Below, in pieces: positions 20,696 to 30,526 of a stretch of DNA of 64,000 bases (positions within the stretch are counted from its first letter, which is position 1; each line of letters opens with the position of its first letter). This stretch comes from Candidatus Aenigmatarchaeota archaeon (GTDB lineage: Archaea; Aenigmatarchaeota; Aenigmatarchaeia; Aenigmatarchaeales; Aenigmatarchaeaceae): assembly GCA_043802485.1 (NCBI GenBank), contig JAZDKZ010000004.1, forward strand, positions 24,157 through 88,156, read 5' to 3'. The position numbers and the translations under genes were made by a program. The notes beneath the pieces were generated by a model that was not told the DNA's origin, did not search any database, and saw only the letters and a program-made list of their open reading frames with translations.

Positions 20696-21106
20696 ATGCC
20701 AGCAATCGGATTGAACATAAGCGGTATAGAAGCAAAGAAGTTCGAAGAAGCGGCTATTGGTGTAAAGGTAAACACAAACACCAACCTGAAGGAAGTCAAA
20801 GAGCACAGCCTTGATCCGTTGGACAAGAAATGCATGTCCGTGGAATTTGAGTTCACGACAAACTACGTGTCCCAAGAAGGCGGCAAGGTGGCAGACATCG
20901 TTATAACAGGAGACGTGCTCTTCCTGGACGAGGACTATAAGAAGATAATTGCCCAGTGGAAGAAGGAGAAGAAGCTTCCGGAGGACGTGAGCCTTCAGAT
21001 AATAAACGTTGTCTTCAACAAGTGCCTGAAAAAGGCCATTTTGCTAAGCGACGACCTGCAGCTACCTTCGCCAATACCTATACCGGTTGCAAAAAAGAAA
21101 GAGTGA
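20696..21106 (+). CDS. Archaeal hypothetical protein (SecB-like topology)
   Basis: 136 aa ending LQLPSPIPIP. Confidence 0.7.
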   Translation: MPAIGLNISGIEAKKFEEAAIGVKVNTNTNLKEVKEHSLDPLDKKCMSVEFEFTTNYVSQEGGKVADIVITGDVLFLDEDYKKIIAQWKKEKKLPEDVSLQIINVVFNKCLKKAILLSDDLQLPSPIPIPVAKKKE

Positions 21107-21120
21107 AAATTAGAAGCATT

Positions 21121-22092
21121 CTATCTCTGATATGATATGTCTAGTTCTTCAAAATCTTTACACCTATTTCTAATGGTAACATCTGTTATACCAACAACAT
21201 CTGCTATTATCCGCTGGCTTATTCTATTCCCATCAAGGCTTTTTTTAGTTTTGGTCAATTTCAAAGCTTTGTAGAAGGCGGTGGCAGCATTTCCCTTGGG
21301 GCTCTTGCCTTGCAACAATCCTTCTTTGTCCGCTTTTTCTAATATTTCAAGCGACAGGTCTTCAACGCTCTTGGAAACAGGTACCTGTTCTCTTAGCTGG
21401 GAAACATACCTTCTGGGGTCCTGGATTGGCATTCTCTTCCACTGTTTTTTATCCTCATCGCTGTCAATATACTTGACTTGCTTTTCTCCATTCCTAAGGA
21501 AGAGGCGATAATAATTTTTTAGTAGTCCTTTGGAGGTTCCTGAAAGTTCTGAAATTTTCTCCAAGATATCAAACCTTTGTATATCTAACTCTCTGCATGC
21601 GGTAAAGACGGCTGCCGCTGCCATATCGGTTATTGTCCTGCCCTTACAGTAGCCCTCGTCCATAGCCCTTCTATATAACTTTGAAGCGTTGTGTGAAACT
21701 TGTCTTGGCAAACCGTCAATATTACCAACCACCCTCTCTATTTCTGGGATGGCGATTGACAGATTCCTTTTTTTATTACCATGGACCTTGGCCCTGCGGT
21801 TCCACTTTCTCATCCTGTAAATCTGGTTCAATTGGCCCTGGTCTATTTTTTTCCCACTTGCATCCATATCCTCATTGCCCATCATCGTGCCTTCATCATA
21901 GATTACGGGCGTTGACGGCGGACCTACCCTGGAGCGTCTTCCTTTTTCCTCCAAAGTGAAGGCCCTCCATTCGGCATCCATGCTAGTTTCATAACCGAGA
22001 ACTACGCCAGTAGAAATGTCGACAACTTCCTTTGTGTCTGGGTCTACCCAAATGTCGTTAGAATATGTTTTCTGTGCTTTTTGAGGGACCAT
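21121..22092 (-). CDS. tfb: Transcription factor B homolog, divergent
   Basis: EWRAF B-reader, RMRKWN linker, two cyclin repeats (KGR..AAA; GKSPKGNAA; QRIIADVVGITDVTIRNR). Confidence 0.88.
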   Translation of the reverse strand: MVPQKAQKTYSNDIWVDPDTKEVVDISTGVVLGYETSMDAEWRAFTLEEKGRRSRVGPPSTPVIYDEGTMMGNEDMDASGKKIDQGQLNQIYRMRKWNRRAKVHGNKKRNLSIAIPEIERVVGNIDGLPRQVSHNASKLYRRAMDEGYCKGRTITDMAAAAVFTACRELDIQRFDILEKISELSGTSKGLLKNYYRLFLRNGEKQVKYIDSDEDKKQWKRMPIQDPRRYVSQLREQVPVSKSVEDLSLEILEKADKEGLLQGKSPKGNAATAFYKALKLTKTKKSLDGNRISQRIIADVVGITDVTIRNRCKDFEELDISYQR

Positions 22093-22195
22093 AACAACAC
22101 CAGAATTAATTTATTATTTAACCTCAAACTTCTTATTTCTATTAAAAGGAAGAAAGCCGAAACAGAATTTTAAATGTTGGGCTGTAATATTCTAT

Positions 22196-23254
22196 ATGCT
22201 TGACAAGGCTGCGGCTTTCATAAGTGGTTGCAAGGGGAGAACTGTCGTAGTTTATGACACTGACGGTGACGGCGTCGGTGCCGCGGCGATTCTTGCAAGG
22301 ACAATGAAAAATATTTTCGGAGACTACCCTGTTGCTCTTCCCAGAGAACATGGCCTTTCTCTTGTGACAAAAGGCATGGTGGAGAAGCTATACGGCAAGT
22401 TCGACAACGTGATATTTCTCGACATAGCTGTGGATGAGAACCCGGAGCATGTCATCAAGATATCTGAAAAGTCCAGGACCATGATAGTAGACCATCATCA
22501 AATAAGTGAAGACCTGAATGGAAAGGGTATATTACATGTCAACTCGTCTATGATGAAGATAAACATGAGCCCAACAAGATACTGTGTGAGCAAGATGGTC
22601 TACGACGTATGCTCACTGATTGCAGATGTCTCGGATTCTGATTGGCTGGCTGGGATAGGAATAGTCAATGACAGGGCGTGGAGGGTATGGAATGAATTCA
22701 TGGAAAGCATATATGAAAAGTACGGAATATCGGCGGATGATTTTTCCCTTGTCAACAATATTGTAAACGCCCCGTTCATGTCGTCGAACGAGGACAGCAA
22801 CGACCTGGGATACAAGGCGTGCCTGGTCTCAACCCCGAACGACATACTTGATGCGAAGACGCCGGAAGCAGAGCGTCTGTGGGAATTTCACAACACGGTT
22901 GAGAAGCAGCTTGCTTCTTTCATTGATAACTGGAAAGACAAAGCCCAAGTCTTTGACGACAAGAAGCTGATAATGCTTGAGATAGAGACGGAATTCTCCA
23001 TAAGCTCGGTGATTTCGACTAAAATCAGCCTCGAGAAACCAGACTATACAGTCATGGTTGCCAGAAGGAATGGAGAGTATGTCTCAGTGAGTCTTAGAAG
23101 ACAGGACAAAGGAGTAGACTGTGGGGAGTTGGCCAAGAAGCTTACTGAAGGGGTTGAGAATTCGAGCGGAGGCGGCCACGTACCCGCAGCAGGAATGAAG
23201 ATGCTGGCCAAGGACTGGAACTTGATTAAAGAAAGAGCGCAGGAAATATTATAG
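22196..23254 (+). CDS. DHH/DHHA1 phosphoesterase (RecJ/GAN-like)
   Basis: DTDGDG, LD, VDHH, SLRR, GGGHVPAAG. Confidence 0.9.
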   Translation: MLDKAAAFISGCKGRTVVVYDTDGDGVGAAAILARTMKNIFGDYPVALPREHGLSLVTKGMVEKLYGKFDNVIFLDIAVDENPEHVIKISEKSRTMIVDHHQISEDLNGKGILHVNSSMMKINMSPTRYCVSKMVYDVCSLIADVSDSDWLAGIGIVNDRAWRVWNEFMESIYEKYGISADDFSLVNNIVNAPFMSSNEDSNDLGYKACLVSTPNDILDAKTPEAERLWEFHNTVEKQLASFIDNWKDKAQVFDDKKLIMLEIETEFSISSVISTKISLEKPDYTVMVARRNGEYVSVSLRRQDKGVDCGELAKKLTEGVENSSGGGHVPAAGMKMLAKDWNLIKERAQEIL

Positions 23255-23342
23255 TAAATTAGAAATTTAAACATTTTTGTTCCGGAAAGCTGATGAATTT
23301 TCTTGCGAAGAGAATTTAAAGCTTATTTTCATATTTAATGAA

Positions 23343-23918
23343 ATGGCAATAGGTTTGATTTTGGAAGACCCTGTTTTTAAGGAAAATTACAAACTGGAAG
23401 ATTGCTATTTGGCCATATGTGATGCCAACAGAGATGCTGCTGGTTTTCTTATAAGATATAGAGGCGCCACAAAGGCAGAACAAACGCGCAAAATAAGGCT
23501 AAGGTCCAACAATTCCTTTGTTTTCGAGTCCGTCTCTATTTCATCAGCATTAAGAGAGATCCCTAGGATATATAACGGCAGCAGAGATGCGGTTGTTGTG
23601 GCAAACGACAATTTCGATACAATCGATTATGCCAAATTCTTTTTTGACTGCGGGACGCCGGGGAACAGAAGGTTAAGAAAAATAAAGTCTAATTATGCCG
23701 AGTGCATACCCGTCGTTAACAGGATTCTGGAGCCTGCCAGAAACGTTGTGAGCTGCTATCCGGTGTTCTTTGCAAAGATAGAAAACAGTAAGAAGAAGAA
23801 CGACAACGCAGCTCATGTCTTATGCACAAACGAAGCAAGAAACCTGAAAAAGTCAAGAATAAAAAAAGACTTGAAACACCTTTGTAAGAATGGTTATTAT
23901 GACAATATTCAAATATAA
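23343..23918 (+). CDS. Hypothetical protein
   Basis: Long ORF; ATG 23343 downstream of TTTAAA box. Confidence 0.6.
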   Translation: MAIGLILEDPVFKENYKLEDCYLAICDANRDAAGFLIRYRGATKAEQTRKIRLRSNNSFVFESVSISSALREIPRIYNGSRDAVVVANDNFDTIDYAKFFFDCGTPGNRRLRKIKSNYAECIPVVNRILEPARNVVSCYPVFFAKIENSKKKNDNAAHVLCTNEARNLKKSRIKKDLKHLCKNGYYDNIQI

Positions 23919-23991
23919 AAATTTTTATTCTGTAGAGTGTAATTGATTTTCTACAATCATAATTTAAAATTTATTCCACTAATTGGAAGCA

Positions 23992-24483
23992 ATGGCAAGA
24001 AGACATTATGATACCAAGATTCTAACCGATGGAAACTATGACACCAAAAAGGGATTCGGAGTGCCAGGTGTCGTGGTGATAAGGGACGGTGAATATTTGG
24101 AAGGCGTTTTCTTCGGCTTTGGAAACTTTCGCTATCCATCATCCATGGTATCAGAATGCGCCGCCACCTCACTGGGAATATACGTTGCGACAAACTTCTG
24201 CGATACTAGGAACGCGCCCCATGAAAACGGAAGGGCTGTCGTTAAAAACGACAATTCTGAAATTGTGCGTTTCTTTAATGGAGGGAAAATAGAAAACAAC
24301 GATAGAGAAAGCCAAGAAATGAAAAATCTTTTAGAAGTTTCTTTGATGCTGAAAAAGCGATACAAAATAGACGTCAAACATACTAAAGGCGAAGACGTAC
24401 TTCCAGACCATCTGAGTAGGGAAATAAGGACGCTATTTTTGAAAAAAGCCGAGGAGTACAAACAGACTGTAACTCTCATTTGA
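23992..24483 (+). CDS. RNase H-fold protein
   Basis: ILTDG, SECAA, KNDNSE, H...PDHLSR acidic tetrad spacing like RNase HI. Confidence 0.55.
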   Translation: MARRHYDTKILTDGNYDTKKGFGVPGVVVIRDGEYLEGVFFGFGNFRYPSSMVSECAATSLGIYVATNFCDTRNAPHENGRAVVKNDNSEIVRFFNGGKIENNDRESQEMKNLLEVSLMLKKRYKIDVKHTKGEDVLPDHLSREIRTLFLKKAEEYKQTVTLI

Positions 24484-24538
24484 AAACCTTTTAAACGGGC
24501 GTTCTGAATTATATTCTATAGTAAAAGGAGGTAATATA

Positions 24539-25264
24539 ATGGTTAATTACGAAAGTGCTATAAAGAAGCCGTTTACAGACGTGGCAAAGCTGATAATAGG
24601 CGCAATAGTGAGCATCATACCGATAGTGAACTGGATAGCCACAGGCTACGCCCTGGAAAGCTCTGGTCTGGGAAAGACAAAAACATCGAAAAAAATGCCA
24701 GAGTGGAAGAACATCGGAAACCTTTTCATCAAAGGCTTTGCTTCATACGTGATAGGCTTTGTCTACGCGCTGCCGGCCTTGATAGTCTTCGTGGCAGGGG
24801 CAGGATTCGCAGCAACATCGCTGATGAACTCTTATGTTGGAACAGTGATACCCCAGGACATGATATCGTCGTTGATAGCAGGAGAGACGTCGCCCGAAGT
24901 TGTCGCCCAGCTGGTTTCTCAGAACTGGTATCTTGCAATACCGACGCTGGTAACCTTGGCGCCAATACTGCTTGCAGGAGCAATACTGATGATAATAGCC
25001 AGGTTTGTAACGCCCATGGCTGTTCTGAACTACTTGAAGAACAAGAGCTTCACCAAGGCGTTCGACATAGGAACAGTTTCAAAGAAGGCTTTCACGATGA
25101 GATATTTCACAGTGTGGATAGTGGCGGCCATAGTGACCTTTGTCGCAACATTGCTGCTGAGCCTGATACCGTGGGTAGGCGCTCCGATAGCAGTGTTTGT
25201 AAGCGGCGTGATAACTTACAGCATGTACGGCGATGTGTACAGAGAAACAAAGGCCAGACGCTAG
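24539..25264 (+). CDS. DUF4013-like membrane protein
   Basis: IKKPF, IPIVNWIATGY, MPEW; SD GGAGG. Confidence 0.8.
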   Translation: MVNYESAIKKPFTDVAKLIIGAIVSIIPIVNWIATGYALESSGLGKTKTSKKMPEWKNIGNLFIKGFASYVIGFVYALPALIVFVAGAGFAATSLMNSYVGTVIPQDMISSLIAGETSPEVVAQLVSQNWYLAIPTLVTLAPILLAGAILMIIARFVTPMAVLNYLKNKSFTKAFDIGTVSKKAFTMRYFTVWIVAAIVTFVATLLLSLIPWVGAPIAVFVSGVITYSMYGDVYRETKARR

Positions 25265-25333
25265 TCTGCCTTTCTCTTTTTTATTTTTCTATTTGCTAAA
25301 AGAAGATAGCAGAAATGTGCTATCACAACAAAA

Positions 25334-25696
25334 TTAGATGCTCTTCAGGTCAATCAGCGGCTTTGAGTCCACTTCTATGTCCTTGCTGCCAAGTATCTTT
25401 GACACTGCTCTTGACAGGGCGTCCTCGCTCAGCTCCATCTTTGTGATTCTATGAAGCTCCTCTACCTTCTCCTTCAAGGAGACCTCGATAGAGTCTATCT
25501 TCTCCTTGAGATCGTCAAGCTTATCCTCGTTCTTCTCGAACCTTACTATCAGCGCCTCGACCAGCTCGTTGGCTATGATGTACTTTAGCCTGACATTGCT
25601 CTCCTCTGTGTTCTCGATATAATCCCTGAGTATGTCTATCTGGGCCTTTAGCGTGTTCAGCTGCGCCTTTATTATCGGTTCAATATTTTCTTTCAT
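25334..25696 (-). CDS. Coiled-coil hypothetical protein
   Basis: 120 aa heptad-rich ORF. Confidence 0.7.
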   Translation of the reverse strand: MKENIEPIIKAQLNTLKAQIDILRDYIENTEESNVRLKYIIANELVEALIVRFEKNEDKLDDLKEKIDSIEVSLKEKVEELHRITKMELSEDALSRAVSKILGSKDIEVDSKPLIDLKSI

Positions 25697-25946
25697 TCTT
25701 TTCGCTCTCCAATACCTTTAGCAAAGATGTGTCAACCTGGGTCCTGGCCTTCATTGAATCTATCATGTTCTCCAGAATTCTGACCTTGTTCTTCAGCTCG
25801 CTTATTGACGCGTCGTCCTTGGAGGAAGATATGCTTTTGATATCCTCCCGCATGGACTTTATGTTGCCGTCATAGACTTCGAACTTTTTCTTGAGAATAG
25901 ATATGAGCTCGTTCAAGAAGCCGTTTAGTTCGACTTTTTCTGTCAT
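25680..25946 (-). CDS. Coiled-coil hypothetical protein
   Basis: ATG 25946 (MTEKV), overlaps next gene. Confidence 0.7.
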   Translation of the reverse strand: MTEKVELNGFLNELISILKKKFEVYDGNIKSMREDIKSISSSKDDASISELKNKVRILENMIDSMKARTQVDTSLLKVLESEKNERKY

Positions 25947-26058
25947 AAATAGAAAATGTAGACTAAATTTTAAATACTTGACATTTGGCACACTACAATC
26001 ACAGGATTGTTAACTGTTTTTGTAAAGTAAATATCAAAATCTTCCAATTAGGAGACAT

Positions 26059-26508
26059 TCAGTTCTTTGCAATCCCTTTGGCCACAAGCCTTCCTATGAT
26101 TTGTTTATTTTTTCTCAAGTCCTCCTCTCCGATTGCGTCCTTTTTGATGAGCTCGTATTTGTCTTCAGACGTTATGTCGCCTGTAACTATTCCATAGCCT
26201 CCTGGTTCTGTAAAGACCCCCCTAAAAATAAAATCATTTGTTGTGACCATGCCTCCGTTGCTTTCGTTCGGGTATGTAAAAGTCACTTTGCCCCAATAAT
26301 CTTCGATTGTAGTTTCTATTCCTATTTTTCTCTTGAGATATTCTAACGTTCTGGAAGAAACGCGATTCGGTTCTTCGCCGTCCAATGGACGACGAAGATA
26401 ATACTCGTTAATCCTTTCAAGCCTTTTTTCACGTTCCTCTTTTCCTAGCTTGTAGATTTTGCGGTTTTTTCTTGTCAGACCATCAACAAGCCGTTCATAC
26501 CTATCCAT
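26059..26508 (-). CDS. Hypothetical protein
   Basis: 149 aa ORF. Confidence 0.65.
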   Translation of the reverse strand: MDRYERLVDGLTRKNRKIYKLGKEEREKRLERINEYYLRRPLDGEEPNRVSSRTLEYLKRKIGIETTIEDYWGKVTFTYPNESNGGMVTTNDFIFRGVFTEPGGYGIVTGDITSEDKYELIKKDAIGEEDLRKNKQIIGRLVAKGIAKN

Positions 26509-26592
26509 AATATCACGTTCCTTTTTAGTAGAGAGAGAAAAAGCCTTCCATAAGTAGGGTTTGAAAATTATTAAGCTTTTGTATCTTAAACT

Positions 26593-26787
26593 TCAGCCCT
26601 TCTTCTCGTTTATCTTGAAGGTTCTGACTGCCTTGTACCAGACGATTATCCCGAAGGCGGAGCTTATGATGGAGACAACGTCTATCACTCCCGGCTTGTT
26701 GACAAAGTCCTCGATATCCTTCAGGGTCTTCCTAAAGTCTACTGTCCTTGCCGGCCATGGGAAAGGCCTGTGCTCTATTCTCTTCAT
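26593..26787 (-). CDS. Small membrane protein
   Basis: 64 aa, one TM. Confidence 0.55.
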   Translation of the reverse strand: MKRIEHRPFPWPARTVDFRKTLKDIEDFVNKPGVIDVVSIISSAFGIIVWYKAVRTFKINEKKG

Positions 26788-26848
26788 AATAGAAATATAG
26801 ATGTTTTGAGATTTATTTAGGCGTTCCTATCTAAAGGAGATTAGTTTT

Positions 26849-27043
26849 TCATCTTTTGTCCAAAAAATGTTCTACAATATAGTAGAAAACAACTAGAACT
26901 ATTGTGGAGACTATTATCACTGCCTCGCCAATGTATACGTTGCCTTTGAATAACTGTATTATTGCTAGCGTTCCTGAAAACGCCCACATCAGTATAAATG
27001 AGGCTGTGACAGCCCAGAACCATGAAGGCCTTTTTCCTAACAT
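26849..27043 (-). CDS. Small two-TM protein
   Basis: 64 aa, two hydrophobic helices. Confidence 0.55.
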   Translation of the reverse strand: MLGKRPSWFWAVTASFILMWAFSGTLAIIQLFKGNVYIGEAVIIVSTIVLVVFYYIVEHFLDKR

Positions 27044-27375
27044 GTTAAAGATTATGTAAAGCTACAATTTAAAATGGTCGCATAAATTCTATAGTTTTTG
27101 CTATAGGTTTTATAGAAGTGCATAACTATTAAGCAAAAACCTGAAATTATTCTGACCGTGTTGATCAAAGAATGTTTGCAAGGGCCGTTTTCTATAGATT
27201 ATGGAAACCCTGAAAATCGGGAATAATTTAAAAAGTTAGACAATCGTCTAATTCGGGCCTTTTCAGCCTTTTCCTGATTTTTTCTTAAAGTACTTGAAGT
27301 ATTCTGATGGTTTCCTAAGCAAATAGAGTTTTTTTATAAAGTATTTTCTTAAAGTATTATTATGTATGTGATTTC

Positions 27376-28356
27376 ATGATTTGGTATGAAAGATATGGGT
27401 GGGGTTCGAATCCGTTCGAGCTAAAGCCAATGCCAGACCTTATATCAGGGTTTGACGAGATAAGGAGCGAACTGCTCGAGTTCGTCAAATCAGGAGACTG
27501 CTGCCTTCTAACAGGCATGGAGGGCATGGGTAAGACAACGCTTCTGAAATGGCTGGAAAAGTACGCTCTGCAGGAATACGAGCCAATATACATCAACACA
27601 ATCGGCATGTCGAAGGATGAGCTGAAGCTGATCAACATCGACAAGATAATCAGGGACAAGGTGAACCTTCTCGACAAGTTCAGAAAAAAGGAAAGGAACA
27701 TCGTCATGCTAATTGACGAGGCGCAGGCTCTGCCGCCGACAGTAGGCGACGCGATAACAAGGAACCTCGACAACAATCTTATCAAGTCGGTGGTGCTTGC
27801 CGCGCCTGCCGACAGTTCGAAATTGATTTTGTCGGAAAAAATAGGCAAGAAGAAAATTGCAGTGAGGCTGATGAAGGCTGACGAGGCGATGGGCATGATA
27901 CTCAAGCGCATCGGCTACAACAACCCCTTCGATCATGAAAGCCTGGAGATAATTTTCTCGAAAGCAACGTTCATACCGAAAAGAATACTTGAGCTCTGCG
28001 AAAGGATTGCAAGGGCCAACATGGAAAAGCATGTGTCGAAAGATTTTGTCGAGGCGTACTTTGGCCTTGAGGGTTCGATGGACGACTCAACCTCTTTTCT
28101 GAACAGCCTGTCGCCGCTGCAGAGGAAGATAGTCATAGTCCTGAAGACCGGTAACCACAGGCCCAAGGACATAGCCAAAAGGCTCAAAAAGCCTGCCAAA
28201 ACGATAACATCCCAGCTGGCATACCTAAGCCTAAAGGCAGGCATCAAGACCATGAAGAGGAAGGGGATAGAGAATCCTGTTGTGGAGAAGATACCTGGAA
28301 CACATGCTGTCTATAGGCTCACTGACAGCGCAAGGAAGACGCTGATAAAAGAATAA
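27376..28356 (+). CDS. AAA+ ATPase with C-terminal winged helix
   Basis: NPF, GMEGMGKT Walker A, LIDEAQ Walker B, LSPLQRKI...KDIAKRL wHTH. Confidence 0.85.
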   Translation: MIWYERYGWGSNPFELKPMPDLISGFDEIRSELLEFVKSGDCCLLTGMEGMGKTTLLKWLEKYALQEYEPIYINTIGMSKDELKLINIDKIIRDKVNLLDKFRKKERNIVMLIDEAQALPPTVGDAITRNLDNNLIKSVVLAAPADSSKLILSEKIGKKKIAVRLMKADEAMGMILKRIGYNNPFDHESLEIIFSKATFIPKRILELCERIARANMEKHVSKDFVEAYFGLEGSMDDSTSFLNSLSPLQRKIVIVLKTGNHRPKDIAKRLKKPAKTITSQLAYLSLKAGIKTMKRKGIENPVVEKIPGTHAVYRLTDSARKTLIKE

Positions 28357-28374
28357 ATAAGGGGAAGCTAATCT

Positions 28375-28767
28375 ATGGTCATGGAAGAGGAAAAAAAGAA
28401 GGCTTCTGACAGCGGCGAATCCATATGGAAGAGCTTGATGAAAGAGGTCAAGGAAGAGGCCCCGAAAGAGGAATCTATAGACGAAACCCCAGCCGCTAAG
28501 CAGGGACCTGTTTTCCAGAATTCTATAGAAAAGAAACCTATAGAAGATTCTATAGAAAAACCCTTAGAGAACACTGAGGAAAAGACGGACAAGCCCAAGG
28601 AAGAGACAAAAGCAGAAGAAAAGTCTGCTGAGAAAAAGGAGGCTCCTAAGAAGAGCAAGTTCACGACAATAATGCTCACCAAGGAGCTGAAGGAAAAGTT
28701 GACAAAGGCAAAGGATCCGCACGAGTCCTACGGCGACTATATACAAAGGCTGCTGGAAAGGGCATAA
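28375..28767 (+). CDS. Low-complexity protein with C-terminal ribbon-helix-helix-like domain
   Basis: Glu/Lys-rich linker then FTTIMLTKELKEKL...ESYGDYIQRLL. Confidence 0.7.
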   Translation: MVMEEEKKKASDSGESIWKSLMKEVKEEAPKEESIDETPAAKQGPVFQNSIEKKPIEDSIEKPLENTEEKTDKPKEETKAEEKSAEKKEAPKKSKFTTIMLTKELKEKLTKAKDPHESYGDYIQRLLERA

Positions 28768-28806
28768 AATTTATTAACCAGCCACCAATTATTATAAAGT
28801 GAAAAA

Positions 28807-29397
28807 ATGGCTAAAAAACGAAAAATCTCCAGAGAGGAGAGATTCGAAAGTATGCTAGAGAAGAACGCCAAGGACTTTGCCGAAGAGATAGTCGCCCTGG
28901 CCAAAAAGGCAGGCATAAAGCCAGAGAAGCGCCACAAGGAAAATGATGACTGGAACTTTAGGGTTTTCGGTTTTGTAGGACCCCTGATAGGGAGCGTCTT
29001 TGGCGCCCTGTTTCTGGTGCTGTTCTCGTGGCTGGTCGGCATTGTGAGCGCCGTGCTGGGCATTAGTTTCTTCATAAGTGTGTCCTATTTCATAACAAAC
29101 AATGTGCATTGGTTCTTTGTGCTTTTCCTTTTCTTCGGCTACAGCGAGTACTTTTCAAAAAGGTTCAAGAAGAGATACTGGTTGGTGTCACCCTTTGTGA
29201 GCGGGACTGGCCTGGTCTTTGTTCTTTGGCTGGCTATCTGGGCTCTTAACATGGTCAACGTTTACGGGAACAGCGTCTTTGTGGCGAATCTTTCCAACTT
29301 CCTCTACGCCAACATGTTAAGCATAATGTTTGTTTTTATAGTCTTGGATTACGTATTAATAGTACTTGAAAAAATTATAATAACTGAGGGAATGTAA
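28807..29397 (+). CDS. Membrane protein
   Basis: Four hydrophobic segments; coupled to pspC-like gene. Confidence 0.75.
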   Translation: MAKKRKISREERFESMLEKNAKDFAEEIVALAKKAGIKPEKRHKENDDWNFRVFGFVGPLIGSVFGALFLVLFSWLVGIVSAVLGISFFISVSYFITNNVHWFFVLFLFFGYSEYFSKRFKKRYWLVSPFVSGTGLVFVLWLAIWALNMVNVYGNSVFVANLSNFLYANMLSIMFVFIVLDYVLIVLEKIIITEGM

Positions 29398-29651
29398 TGG
29401 CAGCAAAAAGAAAAGCTAAAACATCAAGAACAGCACCAAGAAGAACAAGCAGCTCGGCAAAGAGGCTGTACAGATCCAGCAAGAACAAGATACTTGGCGG
29501 CGTCTGCGGAGGCATAGGCGAATACCTCAACGTTGACCCGACAATAGTAAGGTTGTTGTGGGCGCTTTCAGCGTTTGTATGGGGAGCAGGCATACTGCTC
29601 TACTTGCTTGCATGGCTGATTATACCCAGGAACCCTAACCAGAGATGGTAA
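29397..29651 (+). CDS. pspC: PspC domain protein
   Basis: KRLYRS..NKILGGVCGGIGEYLNVDPTIVR. Confidence 0.92.
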   Translation: MAAKRKAKTSRTAPRRTSSSAKRLYRSSKNKILGGVCGGIGEYLNVDPTIVRLLWALSAFVWGAGILLYLLAWLIIPRNPNQRW

Positions 29652-29729
29652 AACCTGTCTAGTTTTCTTGGAAACAAAGACATTTCTATATTTTTTTATT
29701 TTTAAATTCTGCCAGCTATATAGTTCTGC

Positions 29730-30297
29730 ATGAGGCTTGGCAGAAAATTCTATTCAAGAGACACAGAGACCATTGCAAAGGACCTTCTAGGAAAGATATT
29801 GGTCCACAAGACAAAGGAAGGAATTCTCAAGGGAAGAATAGTCGAGACCGAAGCCTACCTAGGAAAGAACGACCCTGGGGCAAAAGGCAACAGGAACATC
29901 AAGAATGCGCCAAAGTCCCTGCTGAAAGAGCCTGGCCATGCCTTTGTCTACTTCACCTATGGCAACCACTGGATGCTCAACGTAGTTGCCAAGAATCCTG
30001 GCATTCTTGGTGCTGTTCTGCTGAGGGGTATCGAGCCCTTGAAAGGGATTGAACTGATGAAGAGGAACAGAAAGAAGGATGATATTGCAAACCTTTCCAA
30101 CGGCCCTGGTAAATTGACGCAGGCTTTTGGAATAAGCAAAAAACACGACGGCATTGACCTGACAAAAAGCAGCCTTTTCGTCGAAGACTCGAAAGACAAG
30201 CCGAAGATACATACAACCACAAGGATAGGGCTGTCGAAAGGCGGCGGCCTGCCTAAGGTTCTACATAAAGGGCAGTGACTTTGTCTCAAGGAAATAA
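29730..30297 (+). CDS. mpg: DNA-3-methyladenine glycosylase (AAG/MPG family), frameshift near C-terminus
   Basis: GRIVETEAY, FVYFTYG, NGPGKL, RIG; conserved tail RFYIKGSDFVS lies in +1 frame from 30256. Confidence 0.88.
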
Positions 30298-30328
30298 AGG
30301 ACTTAAAGTTTAGAAACAAACTATAAGC

Positions 30329-30526
30329 ATGAGGCTTGAAAATATTATCGTCGCATTCTTCATTGCAGTGTTTCTTCTAACTCTGGTTAGCATAGAGCCT
30401 TACAGCACAGGAAACTTCATAATGCCAACACCGCTTAGCCTGGAGGTCGGGCTTTTCATAATAGCTGTTTCTTTTTTCATAGTGCTGATACTGCTGTTAC
30501 CGAAAAGAAAATACAACGCCTTCTAG
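30329..30526 (+). CDS. Small two-TM protein
   Basis: 65 aa hydrophobic ORF. Confidence 0.6.
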   Translation: MRLENIIVAFFIAVFLLTLVSIEPYSTGNFIMPTPLSLEVGLFIIAVSFFIVLILLLPKRKYNAF

